Origin: Mantamonas sphyraenae STR306
Lineage: Eukaryota; Protista; CRuMs
Direction: 5' to 3'
DNA length: 64,000 nucleotides
NCBI GenBank assembly: GCA_026936335.1
Contig: JAPMXV010000014.1
Span: 36,708 to 100,707 of the forward strand
Shown: in pieces, positions 23,201-36,924 of the stretch
Layout: each line of letters starts with the position of its first letter
Position numbering within the stretch: position 1 is the first letter of the stretch
Position numbers and translations under genes: made by a program
Notes under the pieces: model-generated
The model's input: only the letters and a program-made list of their open reading frames with translations
What the model was told of the DNA's origin: nothing
The model's database searches: none

Positions 23201-26200
23201 AAGTCCTGCTCCTCCTGCAAACTGCTGCGCTCTCGGCTGCTTTGAACACGCAACTGTTCACGCTCTGCCTCCAGCTCCCTCTCTGTGTCTCGCACCTTTT
23301 GTTCGTACCGGGAACGCTCTGCGTCCATTTGCTCCCGCAGCCTTTCCTTCTCCCCCTCCACGCTGCGGATTCGTTCCTTCAGCTCCTTCACTTCCTCCAT
23401 ACTCTCTCGCAGTTGCTTCCTTGCAAACTCCAGGTTTCGTCCCGATTGGTCCTTTTCCACACCCGCAACTTCACGTGCGCTTTCCAGTTGTTCCTCCAGC
23501 GTGCCCACACGCACTTGCAGCCGCGTGTTTTCGTTGCGCAGCTCCTCCACCTTGTTCTTTGTTCCCACGTGGCTCTGCTTCTCGCTTTCGTACAGCGAGC
23601 TCATCATGCTCAGTTCTCGGTTCTTGCGTGTCGCCTCGTCCAGCTTGAATTCCAGCTCGTCGTTCTGAAGCCTCGCTTGCGACGCTGCCCTTTCTGCAGC
23701 CTCCACCTCGGCCTTCAGATCCTCCACCTCTGCCTTCAACTTGCGCACAGCCTCTTCCTGCTGCCTGAATTCCATGTTGTTGTATCCCTGGAGCTGCTGC
23801 TGCTGCTGCTGTTGCTGGTTTGCGCGCGGCTGCTGTTCCAGCTGCTCTTGCAGACGTGCCACCTGCTCGTCTGCTGCTTCCAGCTTGGCTTCGGCCACAG
23901 CAAGCTTGTGCTTCAGATCGCTCGTTGTCGTGCGTTCGCGGTCCAGGCTCTGCAGCGCGTCGTCTCGCTCACGCATTGCACTCTCCAGCTTGCTTTGCGT
24001 CGTGCGCTGTTCCATCTTCCACAGCCTTCGCTCCTGTTCAAAGTCGGATCGCAAACGGCTCACCATGGCCTTGGTCTCGTCCGCATTGCCGCCCGCCATC
24101 GACGACGACGACTGGCCCATCATCGCCGCTTTGGAGGACGACGCCCCCGGCATCCAGCTGTCCTGGCTCATCTTGCTCATGCCCATCGAGCTCATCATGC
24201 TTCCCATGCCCATGTTCTCGCTGTTGCCCAAGTTCCCGTCGCTCGAGGCCATTTCCTGGCTCAGCGCACGGAGCGATTCCAACAGATGGTTCACCACTGC
24301 CGATTCGCCCCCCACGCTGACACCTGTGCCCACGCTTGCACGTGCCTCTGCGTCACGCAGCATCACCTCTTTGTGCTCCAGCTCGGCCACCAGTCGCTCC
24401 ACACGGCCCTTCCAGCCGTCAAACGCACGCATGAACTGATCCCTGTGTGCCACCATCTGCTTGCGCACCACGCTGTGTGCCAGCTTGTACTTTGCCGTCA
24501 CACTCTTGAACTTGGCCTTTTTGCTCGCATACGTCTTTTTGTACTCTGCCAGCTCCTGCTGTGCTGCCTCCATGCGCATGTACATGCCCTCGTTGGCCAC
24601 CTTCAGCTCACGCACTTCCAGAGTGACCCCAGACACATCTTCCACCTCCTTGCGTGCCTTGTCCTTTGCTGCTTCTGCTGCCAGCTGCTGGTCCCGTGCC
24701 AGACTCGCTTCGTTGCGTGCACGGTCCCGCTCCTCCTTTGCAGTCTTCAGCTGCTCCAGCACAAGCTCCAGGTTCGATTTGAGGCGCTGCACATCCAGTT
24801 CCAGCTCGTGCACCTTGCCACGGTACTTCATCTCTGCTCCGTTGGCCACCTCCTGCGCCTTGTGCAGTTCGCTCAGTTTCTCCTTGCCCTCCTTTCTCAG
24901 TTCAAAGTTGTCCTCACGCAGCCGTTCCACTTCCTTCTCCGACGATCGCTGCTGGCTCTGCACACTCGCCAATTCCCGTTCCGCCTGCTCCTTTTCCGCC
25001 ATGGCCCTGCGCACTTCGTGCTCCAGAGCCTCGTTCTTCTCGCGCAGTTCCTCGTTTGCCTGCTTGTGCATCTTTCCCTGCAGAAGCTGCTCCTGCATGG
25101 ACAGCTTCTGCATCATCAAATCGTCACGCTCCGCACGCAGTGCAGCCACCGCCCCCAGAGCCTCGTCGCTTGTTCCCTCTGAGCCTGTCTCTGCGCCGCA
25201 CCTACACGTGCCTGGCTGTTTGCCTTTTGCAGCGTGCGCACTTCGTTCTGAAGCACCTCCACCTGTTCCTCCTTCACACTCAGTTTGGCGTCCACTGCCG
25301 CCTTTTCCCTGCGCAGTTGGGCCAGTTCCCGCTCCAGCTCAAGCTTGCCTTCCTGCTCCTTCCTGGCCGCATGTGCCCCTTCGTTGGCACGGTCTCGTTC
25401 TGCTTGCAACAGGGAAACTTGGTCGCGCAGTCGCTGCAACTCCATACTCGTCTCTGCATCCTCTGCGCTGCGCGTGCGTTCTTCCGTGTGTGCCTCTTCC
25501 TTTGCTTTGCTCACTTCTGCCTTGGCTTCCTGCAGCGCCTGTCGTGCCTCGGTCAGCTGCGTGCTGAGCTTCTGGTTTTCGGCTTTCAGTGCCGCTTCGC
25601 GACGGCTTTGCGACGCACCAGCCTTCTGCTCTGCCTCTTCGTATGCTTGCAGGTCGTCGATCAGATCCTTCTTCTCGTCCTCCCACAGCGCCTCTCGCTC
25701 ACGCCACTCGGAAATCTGCTTGCGCAATTGTGCCACCAACTCGTCGTCTCCTGCGCTGTGTGTCGCTGCCTGTGACGCTTGGTCGTGCGCGCGGTCCAGC
25801 TTGCGTTGCAATTCTGCGTTTTGATCCCGCAGCTGTTCCACGTCGTCCCGTTGCAGTTCCACCTCATGGCTCAGTGCCTCATTGCGGCTCTTCAGCTCCG
25901 CCACTTCGTCCTCCAGCCTCCTCAACTCTGCTGCCGCCGTCCGTGCCTGTTCCCGTTCCCGTCGCAGCTGCTCCACCAGAACGCGTGTTGCTGTCTCTGA
26001 AGGAGTGCCCCCACCTCCTGCCGTCCCTCCACCGCTTCCGCCTGCCGCTGCTGCTTTGTTGCCACCCTGCGATCGTGCTCCTCCCCCACGTGCCGTAGGC
26101 TCGTGATCAAGCAGATCGTCCAAATCAAGATCATCATCGTCGTCGTCGTCGTCGTCATCATCAAGGTCGTTGCGGTGCCCAAGACCACCCCTCCCGTTGT

Positions 26201-27738
26201 TCCTTCCTGCCGAAGCCGCCTCATGGAAGTGGCTGCGACTGCGCTTGTCCGATGGCGGCGTCGCGTAGCTTTCGGATCCCGGTGTCTCTGGCGGCGACTG
26301 CACAAATGCCATCACTGCGTCCTCGTCGTCTCCGACAGAAGAAGGAGATGCCACAACTGCGCCCATGTGTGTCTTTGCTGCCCCCGGCGTGCGTCGCGTG
26401 GTGCTGTTGTCCTGCCTGCCGCTGCCACCACGCGTTGTGGAACTGTTCCCGCTGTCCCCACTGCGAGCCAGTCCCCTTCTGCTGCCCACGCCTGCATCCT
26501 GGTCATCGTCCAGGGTTTCCACTTCCAGGTCCAAGTCGTCTTCGTCAAAGTGTGTGGGTTGCCGTGCGGCACGCTCCCGCTCCGCCCGCGCTTCTTGCTC
26601 CTCCCGCTCCCGCATCGCTTGCTCCTCACGAGCACGCTCCTCTTCCTGGAGGCGCTTCTGTTCCTCACGCTTTGCCTCCTCCAGCTCCTTCATCTTCTGC
26701 TGCAGGTAGGTGCGGCATCGGCGCAGGGCGGCGACCGTTTGTTTGCGCGCGCTTTCCTCGGGCGCGTCTCGTTGGGGCTTGCTGTGATTGCGCAGGCCTT
26801 CTTCCACATACCACAGCGCGTCATTGCCTTCTGCATCCATTGTGTCCAACGCTGCACCCTGCGTGACCAGTTCTAAAAGGCAATTGAATGCGCCTTGGAA
26901 CGCTGCGTACATCACCGGCGTACGCGAACCCTTGTCCTTGCAGTCCAGATCCACATCCATTTCGCCAAACACTTTGATCAGCTCTGGATGGTTCTTGTAC
27001 ACGGCGTAGTGCACCGGTGTGCGTCCGTCCCCATCCGGCACGCCTGCGTCGGCCCCAGAGCGCATCAGCCGACGAGCAATATCCCCGTTTCCAATGTACG
27101 CTGCCAGATGCAGCGGAGTGCGAGACTCTGCGTCGGGCATCGACACGTCAGCGCGCTTGTCCAGCAACAGCTTCAAGATGTCCTGGTTCTTGATCATCAC
27201 TGCCTTGTGCAGCGCCGTGTGGCCCTCGTCGTTTGCCAGGTGCAGATTCGCGCCACGGCTCAACAGAAACATCACTGCCCCCAGGGTTAAACGAACGCCC
27301 ATGTCCGTGTCAGCACAGCCCCTCCTGCTTATTCCCTACTGAGCCACACACACACACACACACACACACGCACGAGCATCTGCCATGCGGTGATTTCAAC
27401 ATACCCACGGGGTATTGTTCGGCCCACGCCGACCAAATGAGCGCCGTAGAACCGTGTGCGTCCTGGCAGTCGATGTCCACCTTGCGGTCCTTCAGGTACT
27501 TTTCCACCTTTTGCAGGTTGCCGTTGTACGACTCGTTGTGGAACTTGGAGATCAGCTCCAGCGTCTTGTCACTCGTCACGGGTTTGCCAAAATTCCGTGC
27601 AAGGCCGCTGGCGATCTCGTCTTCAGCCATGGGCGGTGTCCCGCTGGACGACCCTGCGCCCGACGAGGATGACGATGAGGATGAAGCACCGCCTCCCTGC
27701 TCTCCTTTTTTGCCCTTGCCAAGAATCTTTCGCAGCAT
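20236..27738 (-). CDS. Very large ankyrin-repeat / long coiled-coil / ankyrin-repeat protein (one 5' intron; apparent frameshift at ~25195)
   Basis: N-terminal ANK repeats (GHTALHKAV, RTPLHLAA, GRTPVHYAV), >1500 aa of E/Q/R-rich heptads and ~9 C-terminal ANK repeats. The two large ORFs abut with a one-base frame change. Confidence 0.75.
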
Positions 27739-27809
27739 GGAGCTGTTCGTGAAAGCTGGAGAAACTTTGTTGGCGCGGGCAGGGCACACCCATCTCACTC
27801 GCCCCACTC

Positions 27810-30691
27810 TCACCCAAACAGATTGCGCAGACCTGCACTCTTGTAGTCGCTGCGGTTGGCAATGAGGGCCATGATGTCCTCGCGCTCCATGCGGTTGAGT
27901 GTCGAGTCTTCCAGAAACACCTTGAGGTTCTCCGGCTGCACAAGGAACAGGTTGGCAATGTCGCGCAGCACTTCGAATCGTTCGTCAACTTCCGCCACTC
28001 CAAACAACGCCACACTCTCCTGGTACTCTGTGGCATCGCGCAGCAAGCGCAGGCCACCGTTTGTGTTCACCTGATACTTCTTCAAATGGGCGAGCAACTG
28101 AGCATACAGCTGATGACCCCACGCCTGCAGGAATCCTTGCAGGTTGCTTCCGTCCAGGTGCTCTTCCACGGCGTGGTACTGTGCCTTGATGAACGCTGCG
28201 CTCAGATTGCACGCCACCGTTGTGCCAAAATCCAGCTCGTCGTCACGAGGCTTAAAGTCGTTCTTCTTCTGCTCCGATGCAAGTATCCTCTCTGTGTACG
28301 CGAGCATGGATCCGAGCATGCGCACGAGGCCTGCGTTCATCAGGTTCTCCAGAATGTCAATCAGGCGCACCTTGGCCGCGATGGCCTCGTCGTTGAGGCT
28401 GGAGGTGGACGCAAGGCCAGATACAACGTGTTCCTGAAAGTGCTGGTTGAACGAATGCACGATGCCGTCCATGCGTGAGACGACCTGGAAAAAGTCGGGG
28501 GCCGGTGGTGCGTTGCTGCCCTTGCTGCCTCCACTGCGGTTGCTGCTCTGGTCGTCCTGGATGAGTGTCAGGCTGGCCTCAAGCACCACCACCAGATACT
28601 TGTCGCCCAGGGCCTTGAGCAGGGTCTGGAAGAGGGTGAGCACATTCGGCGCAACCTCTGTGTCGTACGACAGCGAGCAGCAGCGGCGGATGGCCTCCTG
28701 GTGCAGCTTGAGCATGTCAAACACCAGCTCTTCGCTGAACAGGTCGACAGAACGCAGAGAGGGACCCTGTTCGGTTGTGGGGCGGCGGGAAAACGTGGCT
28801 GCCAGCATGCTCTTCTTTTCCTCGCGTTCGTTCAGGCCTTGGTAGGCCAGGAACTGGGAGACCGCACGGTTGTACAAGTCGGACAGACATTCCATTTCGT
28901 CAGCCATGTACAGGGCACGTGCCTCGCCAAAGAGGGATTCGACCTTGGTGGCCGGGTTTGTTTCGGCCAGTTCAAACTCGTTCATCTTGGTGACCCAGTC
29001 CATGGTGGCTGTGTAGGAAGCACTGAGGGCACGAAGGTAGTTGAGTTTGCCCTTGGCACGCTGGCGTTGCAGGATCTCGTGGATGTAGGTTGTGACGGGC
29101 CCTTCGATGAGCCACTCCACAAGCTGGCCCATGACGTGTTCGGCGCGGGGAAACACCTTGTGAATGGTCACGCGTTCGGACTCGCACATGGCAATGATTT
29201 GGGAAAACAGACGGTGGAGCTGGCTGAGCACAGTGCTGACCGTGTTTGTGTTCATGGCCACTGCCAGCGGCGACCTCCATGCTGTGGAGGCCGTTCCGTC
29301 GCCTTCCCCGTCCTGCTGTGCGTTGTCCTCGTCGTAAAGGTGGGAGTCGAGTTCGTTGTGCGGCTCAGCAAACATCTTGCGGCTGCCGAGGAACATGCTG
29401 ACGGCCTTTTCGCCGCCGTTGTATGCATACAGGGTGCGTGCACACTCGGCCATCTGGTCTGTGTTGCCCACGGCTGTGGCGGTGCGGAATTCGTTGAGCA
29501 GGCGCATCTCCAGGCGCTCGCAGTAGTCCTGGATGTGCTGTTTGGCAAAGCGAGTGTTGTCCAGGGTGCTCACCGAGTTGGCCAGCTCGCGCAGGCGCTG
29601 CATGAGCACCGCTGCCTTTTGTACATTGGCGTTGGCGTGGAACACCGGGTCCAGATACACCTCTTCGTCCTCCACGTCGTACTCCTGGTTGAACTGCGTA
29701 AAGTAGCGAATGAGCTCCGAGCCGTCGTTGGCTTTGGTCAGCTGCGAGTCGGCCTGTGTACGAGGAGACAAGGAGCAGGGAAGGAACGCGGGGCAAACAT
29801 GGCGTTAGGTTGGACACATGGCGTGCACGTGTTGCGCGTGGACGGCATGGCATGGGGTGCAGGATAGGTGCGGACGAAGGGCGGGCGGGGAGAGGGAAGC
29901 GGGGAGTTCGGGGACGACGCAAGCACACACCTGTTCCAAGCGGTCGCCAATGCGCACGGCACTGTTGGCCACGCTGTTGATGCGATGATCCAGCGACACA
30001 AAGTTTTCCGAGATGCCTTCCATGTAGGTGCCGAGTTGGGTCAGGTTGGCCTGGTGCAGTTCTTCTCGCTGCCTCGTCTCGGCTTCCAGCGTCTCCAGTT
30101 TCTCCTGCACACTTTGGTTGAGGTTGTGGAGTTCGGAAATGGCGTTGTTGAACAGCGTCTGGAAGTAGAGCGGGTCAAACGCACTGTCGTTTTCGGCACG
30201 GGCCCTGTACACCTGCGAACGCGTAAGGCGTTCGACAAACTCGTTTTCATCAAACGATTCCTGTGGATCGGATGTGCGGGGACGCGTGTGAGCGAGCTGA
30301 GTTGGGCTGCGCATGTGTGGAGATGCACGTGGAGACCACACACAATGGTGAGGCCATGTGGTCTGAGGGCGGGAGGGCAAAAACGTACATCAAAGTCGCG
30401 CTCTCGAAACGTGGGCTTGAGCACGTTGGGCCCACGGATGGCATTGAGGTTGAGTGAGGCTGCAATGTCCTTGACACTGCCCTGACGTTGCATGTCCTCT
30501 GCAATGACGGCCTCCTGCGAGAAGCTGCGGTCGAATTTGCCCGGCGTGAAGGAGGAACCGCTTCGCACACGTGTGCTGCCGCCGCTGCCCTGAGAGTCGT
30601 TGGAGGAGGCAGATGCGGTGCTGGCAGTGTCTCCGTCGTACTGTGCGTCGCGACTGGACACCAGTCGGGTGCGACGGTAGCGACTGCTCAT
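27810..30691 (-). CDS. EXOC5: Exocyst component Sec10/EXOC5 (introns)
   Basis: FDENEFVERL..FDPLYFQTLF, LDHRINSVANSAVRIGDRLE, EQKKNDFKP, HLKKYQVNTNGGLRLLRD..Y, LANLFLVQPENL-like motif and C-terminal RSDYK. Confidence 0.9.
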
Positions 30692-30899
30692 CGCGGGACG
30701 GAGGTTTTAGGGATATGCGGAACTGGTGGCGCCGTTTGCGCTGCCTCCGCCAAGAGGAAATGTTTCGACGTGCGACGAAATCGGCTGGCATTGCTCTGAA
30801 TCGGAGCGGGAGAGGACGTGTGCGTCGTGGAGGGGTCATGGTGAGGCGTGGGCTGGAAACAGTGGCCGGGCGGAAGAGTACGAAACCAAGGCGGCACGG

Positions 30900-32355
30900 A
30901 TGGTGGAGGAGGATCCGGACATGGATTTGACGTCGTTCCTGCAAATGCTGCCCAAGGCAGAGCTGCATGCGCATTTGGACGGGTGTGTGCGTCTGGACAC
31001 GTTGGTGGAGCTGAGCAGAGACGCCGGGGTTGAACTTCCATACGACACCGTGGACGGTCTGCGGGAGCACGTGTTCAAAGACCACTACGATTCTCTGGTT
31101 GAATACCTGCTGCCGTTTCAGTACACGACGGCAGTGCTGAACTCGCCCGAGGCGCTGGAGCGGGTGGCGTACGAGATGGCGCTGGACAACTTTGAAACGG
31201 GCGTTCGGCACCTGGAGGTGCGCTTTGCACCGCAATTGCATGCACAGCTGGATAAGGGGCTGGGCATCGTGGAGGTGTTGGACGCAGTCGACCGCGGACT
31301 GGGAGCTGCGGCTGCCAAGGTGAGGGGCGAGGCCGTTTTTTGGGGGTTGCGGGAATTGTGCGCGGGATTTTTGGGGAAGGCTCCGGAGGCGGCGGCGTTT
31401 GTTTAGGAAGAGGGCCACGGGCGGAGCCGTGGGGACAGCAGCAGCGAGTCGGAAGCACACATAGACACCAGGGATGTCGATGAGACGACTGACACAAAGG
31501 GACGTGTGTGGGCATGTGTGTTTGCAGATTAATCGGCGTATCCAGGTGCGCGAGTGGCAAGACGAACCTCGGTTCCAATACGCAATCATCGGCTGTGCGA
31601 TGAGGAACATCGTGTCACCAGCCGGACAGGGGATTTCCAAGTATTACCAAGAACATATCCTGGCAAAGGGCGGAGACGCAGCGACGGCGTCGATGGTGAT
31701 GGTGGAGCACTTGGTGAAAGCCAGGGACGAACGGGGCATTCCGGTGGTGGCGGTGGACATTGCAGGGGCTGAGGCAGGGTTTCCCGCAGACAAACACAAG
31801 CGAGCGTTCCAAAAGGCGGCGAAAAAGTATTTGTACCGGACGGTGCATGCAGGGGAGGCGTTTGGGCCAGAGTCGATCAAGCAGGCGGTGAGTCTGCTGC
31901 ACACGCAACGCATCGGGCACGGGTTCCACCTGTTCTCCAAGGATCGGGTGTTCAACCCCAATGTGGACCACGCACAGTACGTGGAAGACCTGGTGAACTA
32001 TGTGGCACACCTCGGGGTGCACTTTGAGGTGTGCTTGACCAGCAACCTGCAGACCATGCCCGAGCTCACCGATCTGCGCGACCATCCGTTTGGAGTGATG
32101 ATGCGCAAGCGACTGGACTGCAGTCTGTGCACAGACAACACCATGGTGTCACACACAAACCTGACCAAAGAGTTGGAAATGGCTGTGCGCACCTTTGACC
32201 TCAAGCCCTGGCAGTTGCGTGAGGTGGTCCTCAATGGCTTCAAGAATTGCTTCATGCCCGGGGAGTTTCGTGAGAAGAAGGCGTACATTGCGCGTGTGGC
32301 TGCGTACTTTGACAGGACGATGCTGGAACACGGGTCTGCGCTGAGAGGGCTGTGA
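30900..32355 (+). CDS. Adenosine deaminase-family metallohydrolase (one intron at ~31320-31528)
   Basis: LPKAELHAHLDG, HLEVRFAP, DIAGAE, TVHAGE, RIGHG, EVCLTSN and CTDN. Confidence 0.92.
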
Positions 32356-32437
32356 ATGAAATGCATTGCGACTTGTGTGTGTGCGTGTGTGTGTGTGTGT
32401 GTATGTGTGCGTGTTGTGCAAATCTGTGCGAGAGGGC

Positions 32438-33482
32438 TTAGCTCAGCTCGACGTCCATGACCTGCTCGGCCTCGTCAGCCTTGGAAGCTGTGTTGCTGCT
32501 TCCGCCTGCCTTCTTGCTCTTGCGGTAGGCGTCGTTGCGCTCCTTGATCTTGGTGGTGTAGTTGCTGTTGTCGGTGTCCTCTTCATCCCCATCCTCGTCC
32601 TCGTGGCCGCCGTAGGTCTCGAGGGTGCGTGCGCCGTCCTTGTCGACAATCTTGATGAGGTAGGTTGGCGAGTTGACCAGGAAGCGACGGCGCAGCTGGT
32701 CGATGGCCTTGTACATGCACTGGAGACCACTCTCGAGATCCATGTCGGGTTCCCAGTAGCGGTCGAGGACAGAGGAGGCAAAGTAGGCGCAGTAGCCCTG
32801 GCTGCCGTGGTTGATCTGCTTCAGACTGCCCAGGTAGTCCATAAAGTAGAGCGAGGCTCCACTGTCCTGGTCGTAGCCAGCCAGCAGGACGTTGACCTGC
32901 GCGAGGGCAAGGGGCACCATGGGCCAGACAGGTCAGCATGTGGCTGTGGGAAAGGATTGGGGCCCAGGCGGAAAAGAGGGCCAAATCGGATGCCGCGCCC
33001 TCCCAGCGGAAAGCGGAGGAAAACACACACGCGGACACAGGCAGAGAGCGCAGGGCAAAAGGGACGATGAGGAAGCACGCACCTGGAATGGGCTCTTGCG
33101 CAGGGCCTTGGCGACCTCCATGCGCGACCAGTTGGCAAAGCCGTGTGTGCTGAGCTCGACGTTGTTGCGATACTCGTACAGGTTGGCGTTCTTCTCCAAG
33201 TACTCCACCAGCGCCGTGCGGTCGCCCTGCTCGCCTGCAGCACCAATCAGCTTGTTCTCTGTAACCACCTTGATCTGAAGCGGGAGGCACGGGTGGGTAT
33301 GGGCGGACGGGGATACGAGGTACGGTGTGTGAGCCGCGCGTTTGGAAAGGCGGGGTTGGCCAAGGGGGATTCCGTCTTACCTTGTCCAGGTCGTTCTTCA
33401 TCTTGGCAATGCTTCGCACGAAACCCGTGTCTGCCGCAATGATGGCATAGTCCTTGCCCACAAGACCCAGCACGCTATCCAT
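32438..33482 (-). CDS. PSMB2: 20S proteasome subunit beta-4 (PSMB2/Pre1), 3 exons
   Basis: MDSVLGLVGKDYAIIAAD, GEQGDR..YLEKNANLYEYRN, ALRKSPFQVNVLLAGYD, LYFMDYLGS and LRRRFLVN. Confidence 0.95.
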
Positions 33483-33650
33483 GGTGACGAGAGGCTGTGT
33501 GTGTGTGTTGGGGTGGTTTGCCCAGCGAGGGGCGCTCTTGCCACGCCAAGACAATTAAGACAACGATCGGTGCGTGTTGGGCCACACAGAATGAGGAGTG
33601 GGGTGCGGAACAGAAAAGACTGACACAGAGGACACAGGGGCAGCCTCACG

Positions 33651-35447
33651 ATGGATCCGGTGTTCTTGGCCATGTCCAAGCTGCGCCGCAGGCATTTCGA
33701 AGACAGTGCCGAGATCTGCACAGAGATCCTGAACAGGAATCCGAAGGATGTGGTAGGTTGCACACAAGGATAGGGCAGGCTGTAGGTGTGTCGAAGGATG
33801 ACGGATGTGCACAGGCTCACGCGGAGGAGGAGGAAAACCCGACCCGCAGCAAGTGTGGATGATCAAAACCAAGAGCCTGCTGAACGAAGAGTGGATCGAC
33901 GACGCCGAACTGGAGGACGAAGGGATTGCAGAGATGCTGCTGGACGAAAACACAACGGCGCAACTGCCCAGGTAAGCAAAGGAAACGCAGGAGGGGGACG
34001 AACAACACAGAGGAAAGGCGCGCAAAAACGGGCGCGCGGCGGAGGTTTGTGGCCGCGTGTGAGACAATCGAGCTGACACAAACGGAAACACACGTGTGAA
34101 TGCCCACACTCACTTGCAAACCATGATTGCACATACAGGCCAGGGACATCGTTGGCAGCCCCGACGACGAGCAGCGGAGGGGCAAACGGAGGGAGCGGGA
34201 TCAACCAGGCGATGCGACCGGTGAGCAGCTCAGGCAGGCCCTTGACGGGCTTCTCACGGCCAGGCACAAACAGCGGACGTCCCACCACAGGGAGCGTGAG
34301 TCTGGACAAGGCGTTTGAGGGCTTCCGGCCGACGACATCGCGGCCTGTGAGCAGCTCGGGTCGGTTTGTGCGTCTGGGCACAGCGTCGCTGGTGTCGCAG
34401 GTGTCGGACAAGTTCATCGACCTGGCGCAGATGCAGCGCAAGTTTGACAAATATGCGCGACGTCCACCGCTGGGCAAGTTGCTGTGCGACTACATCCTGC
34501 ACTACGAGCAGGACCCAAAGTTGGCGCTGGAGCTTGCGTCGCTGGCCACAGAGGCCAACAACTACGAGAGCTGGTGGTGGAAGTCACGCATTGGCTCGTG
34601 CTATTACAAGCTGGGCATGCTGCGAGAGGCGGAAAAGCAGTTCAAGAGCTCGCTCAAGAGCCAGGAGATGGTGAGCACATACCTGCTGCTGGCCAAGGTG
34701 TACATCAAGCGAGACCAGCCCAACACGGCGCTGGAGTATTACTACCGTTGCCTGGAAAAGTTCCCTGGCGAAACCAGTGTGCTGGTGGGCATTGCACGTG
34801 TGTACGAGGGCTTGAACAATCAGAACCAGGCGCTGGCGTTTTACAAAAAGGTGCTGCACTTTGACTCGTCCAACGTCGAGGCCATCTCCTCCCTCGCCGC
34901 ACACAACTTTTACACAGACTTTCCCGAGTACGCTCTGCGCTACTACAGGCGCATCCTGCAGATGGGAGTGCAGACCACGGAGCTGTGGAACAACATCGGC
35001 TTGTGCTGCTTCTACTCCCAGCAACTCGACATGGCGCTCACCTGCTTCGAACGCGCCCTCGCCCTCGCCGACGACAACAGCATGCCTGACGTGTGGTACA
35101 ACATCGGCCACGTGGCCATCGGCATCGGCGACGTCAACCTGGCCTACCAGGCCTTTAAGATCGCAGTGAGCATCAACCCGCAGCTGGCCCCCGAGGCCTT
35201 CAACAACATGGGTGTCCTCGAACTGCGCAAGTCCAACTACGACCTCGCCAAGAGCAGTTTCCAGGAGTCCTTCAAGACCAACGGCTATCTGTACGAGCCG
35301 GCCTTCAACCTGGCTCTTCTCTCCTACCGCCTCGGTGACTTTCAGGGCGCCTACGAACACGTCTCCAAAGCGCTTGAGCTGTACCCGGAGCACTTTGAGA
35401 GCAAACAGCTCAAGAAAGAGCTTGAGGGCCATTTCTCCAGTGCATGA
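33651..35447 (+). CDS. TTC8: BBSome subunit BBS8/TTC8 (introns)
   Basis: MDPVFLAMSKLRRRHF, RPVSSSGRPLTGFSRPGT, GRFVRLGTAS, WWWKSRIGSCYYKLG and TPR repeats. Confidence 0.95.
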
Positions 35448-35526
35448 AGCAGTGGGATTGCCATGGAATGCAAGACATGGCGAGAGCGACGGTGTTGGAA
35501 TTCAGAAATTCATGTCGTGTCCTTCT

Positions 35527-36133
35527 TCAAGCAAACCCGCCGTCAAAGCCGCCAGCAGCCATCTGCTCCTGCTGCCACTTGGCCATCATGATCTGCTGAT
35601 AGCATCCGGCGAAGCAGCTCAGGCCCATCAGCGAGCAGCCAAGGATGAAGTAGAGGCTGCCGGCCTCGGTAGCCAGCCAGTAGTCGGTCTTGACAAAGAA
35701 CTGCATGGTGGCAGGGGAGGCGGAAGGTATACAATACACGAAGGGTGTGAGTTGCAGCGCAGGCGTGGTCATTGTCCGTGGGCGATGCTGAGCGGAGGTT
35801 TCACGAAATCTGGCAAGAGGGCTTCACGTCAGGGAATTTGGCGCGCTCGGCAAAACCGACCATTACCAGCCATGCGAGGCCACCACAGCCACACAGGGGG
35901 GTGGCAGCCATCAGCAGCGGCATGCCGCCGAGAAAGCAGGCGAAGGAGAGCGTGACGTAGCCGTGGACAATGACGTTGAGGAGGATGGTCGCAAAGGCGA
36001 CATCGTCCTTTTCCAGACTGGTGATGGACGCCAGGCCGATGATGGCGTTGACGCATCCCAGCAGGTTGACAAACAGCGCCGGAAGAAACATCTTGACGGG
36101 AAGTTTGGGCATGCCCTCTCCTTGCATCATCAT
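35527..36133 (-). CDS. Small multi-pass membrane protein, tandem paralogue A (2 exons)
   Basis: Hydrophobic exon ...GGLAWLVM is spliced to FFVKTDYWLATEAGSLYFILGCSLMG...AKWQQEQM. Homologous to the adjacent copy, with the same intron position. Confidence 0.75.
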
Positions 36134-36221
36134 CTTTGGAAGAGGGGGTTCTTTGTTGGTGCTCCTCAATCGCATCTCTCCCACACCTGCTTTTTGCTGC
36201 ACTTGTTCACCAGAAGTGTCT

Positions 36222-36884
36222 TTAAGCATCCACAGCACCATAGCCGCCAGCCGCCACGCCGAATCCACCGCCCTCCATCTGCTCCTGCTGCCACTTGGCC
36301 ATCATCATCTGCTGGACACAGCCCACGCAGCAGCCCACGCCCATCAGCGAGCAGCCAACGATGAAGTAGATCTTGCCCGCCTCGGTGGCCAGCCAGTAGT
36401 CCGTCTTGACAAAGAACTGCGTGGGTGGGAATGGGCGGGTGGGTGTCAGGGTGTCAGGTTTCAGGTTTCAGATTTCGTGTGATCTGCTTTGCATTCTCCG
36501 TTGCCGTCATCCAGCCGTGGGACTGCCGTCCACACAGCCACACAGCCACCACACACGACACATGCACATGTCTGCATGACACACAATTTGCCTCTTGCCT
36601 TGCTAGGCGAAACTCACCATGACCAGCCAGGCGATGCCGCCGCAGCCGCAGATCGGCGACACAGCCATGAGGAAGGGCACGCCTGCCACAAAGCAGCCAA
36701 ACGCCAGTGTGGTGAACCCGTACACAATCACGTTGATGATCAGCGTGGCAAACGCCACGCCATCGGCCTCGACGTCCGAGATCAACGCCAGGGCCACCAC
36801 AGCGTTCACCGTCGCCAACAGGCTCATGAAGATGCTTGGCAGGAAGAACTTGACGGGGATTTGAGGAATTCCAGCGGGATTCAT
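36222..36884 (-). CDS. Small multi-pass membrane protein, tandem paralogue B (2 exons)
   Basis: MNPAGIPQIPVKFFLP...GGIAWLVM, then a GTGAG intron, then FFVKTDYWLATEAGKIYFIVGCSLMG...AKWQQEQM. Confidence 0.75.
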
Positions 36885-36924
36885 GGTTGCTACTCTGTAT
36901 TTGCGTGGTGCTCATCGCGCCCCT

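Noticed and set aside
19072-25182. Long opposite-strand ORFs (e.g. 19072-21567, 22987-25182; also 9706-11616, 37264-39381, 55804-57090)
   Set aside because: These are antisense shadows of GC-rich real genes and show no recognisable motifs.
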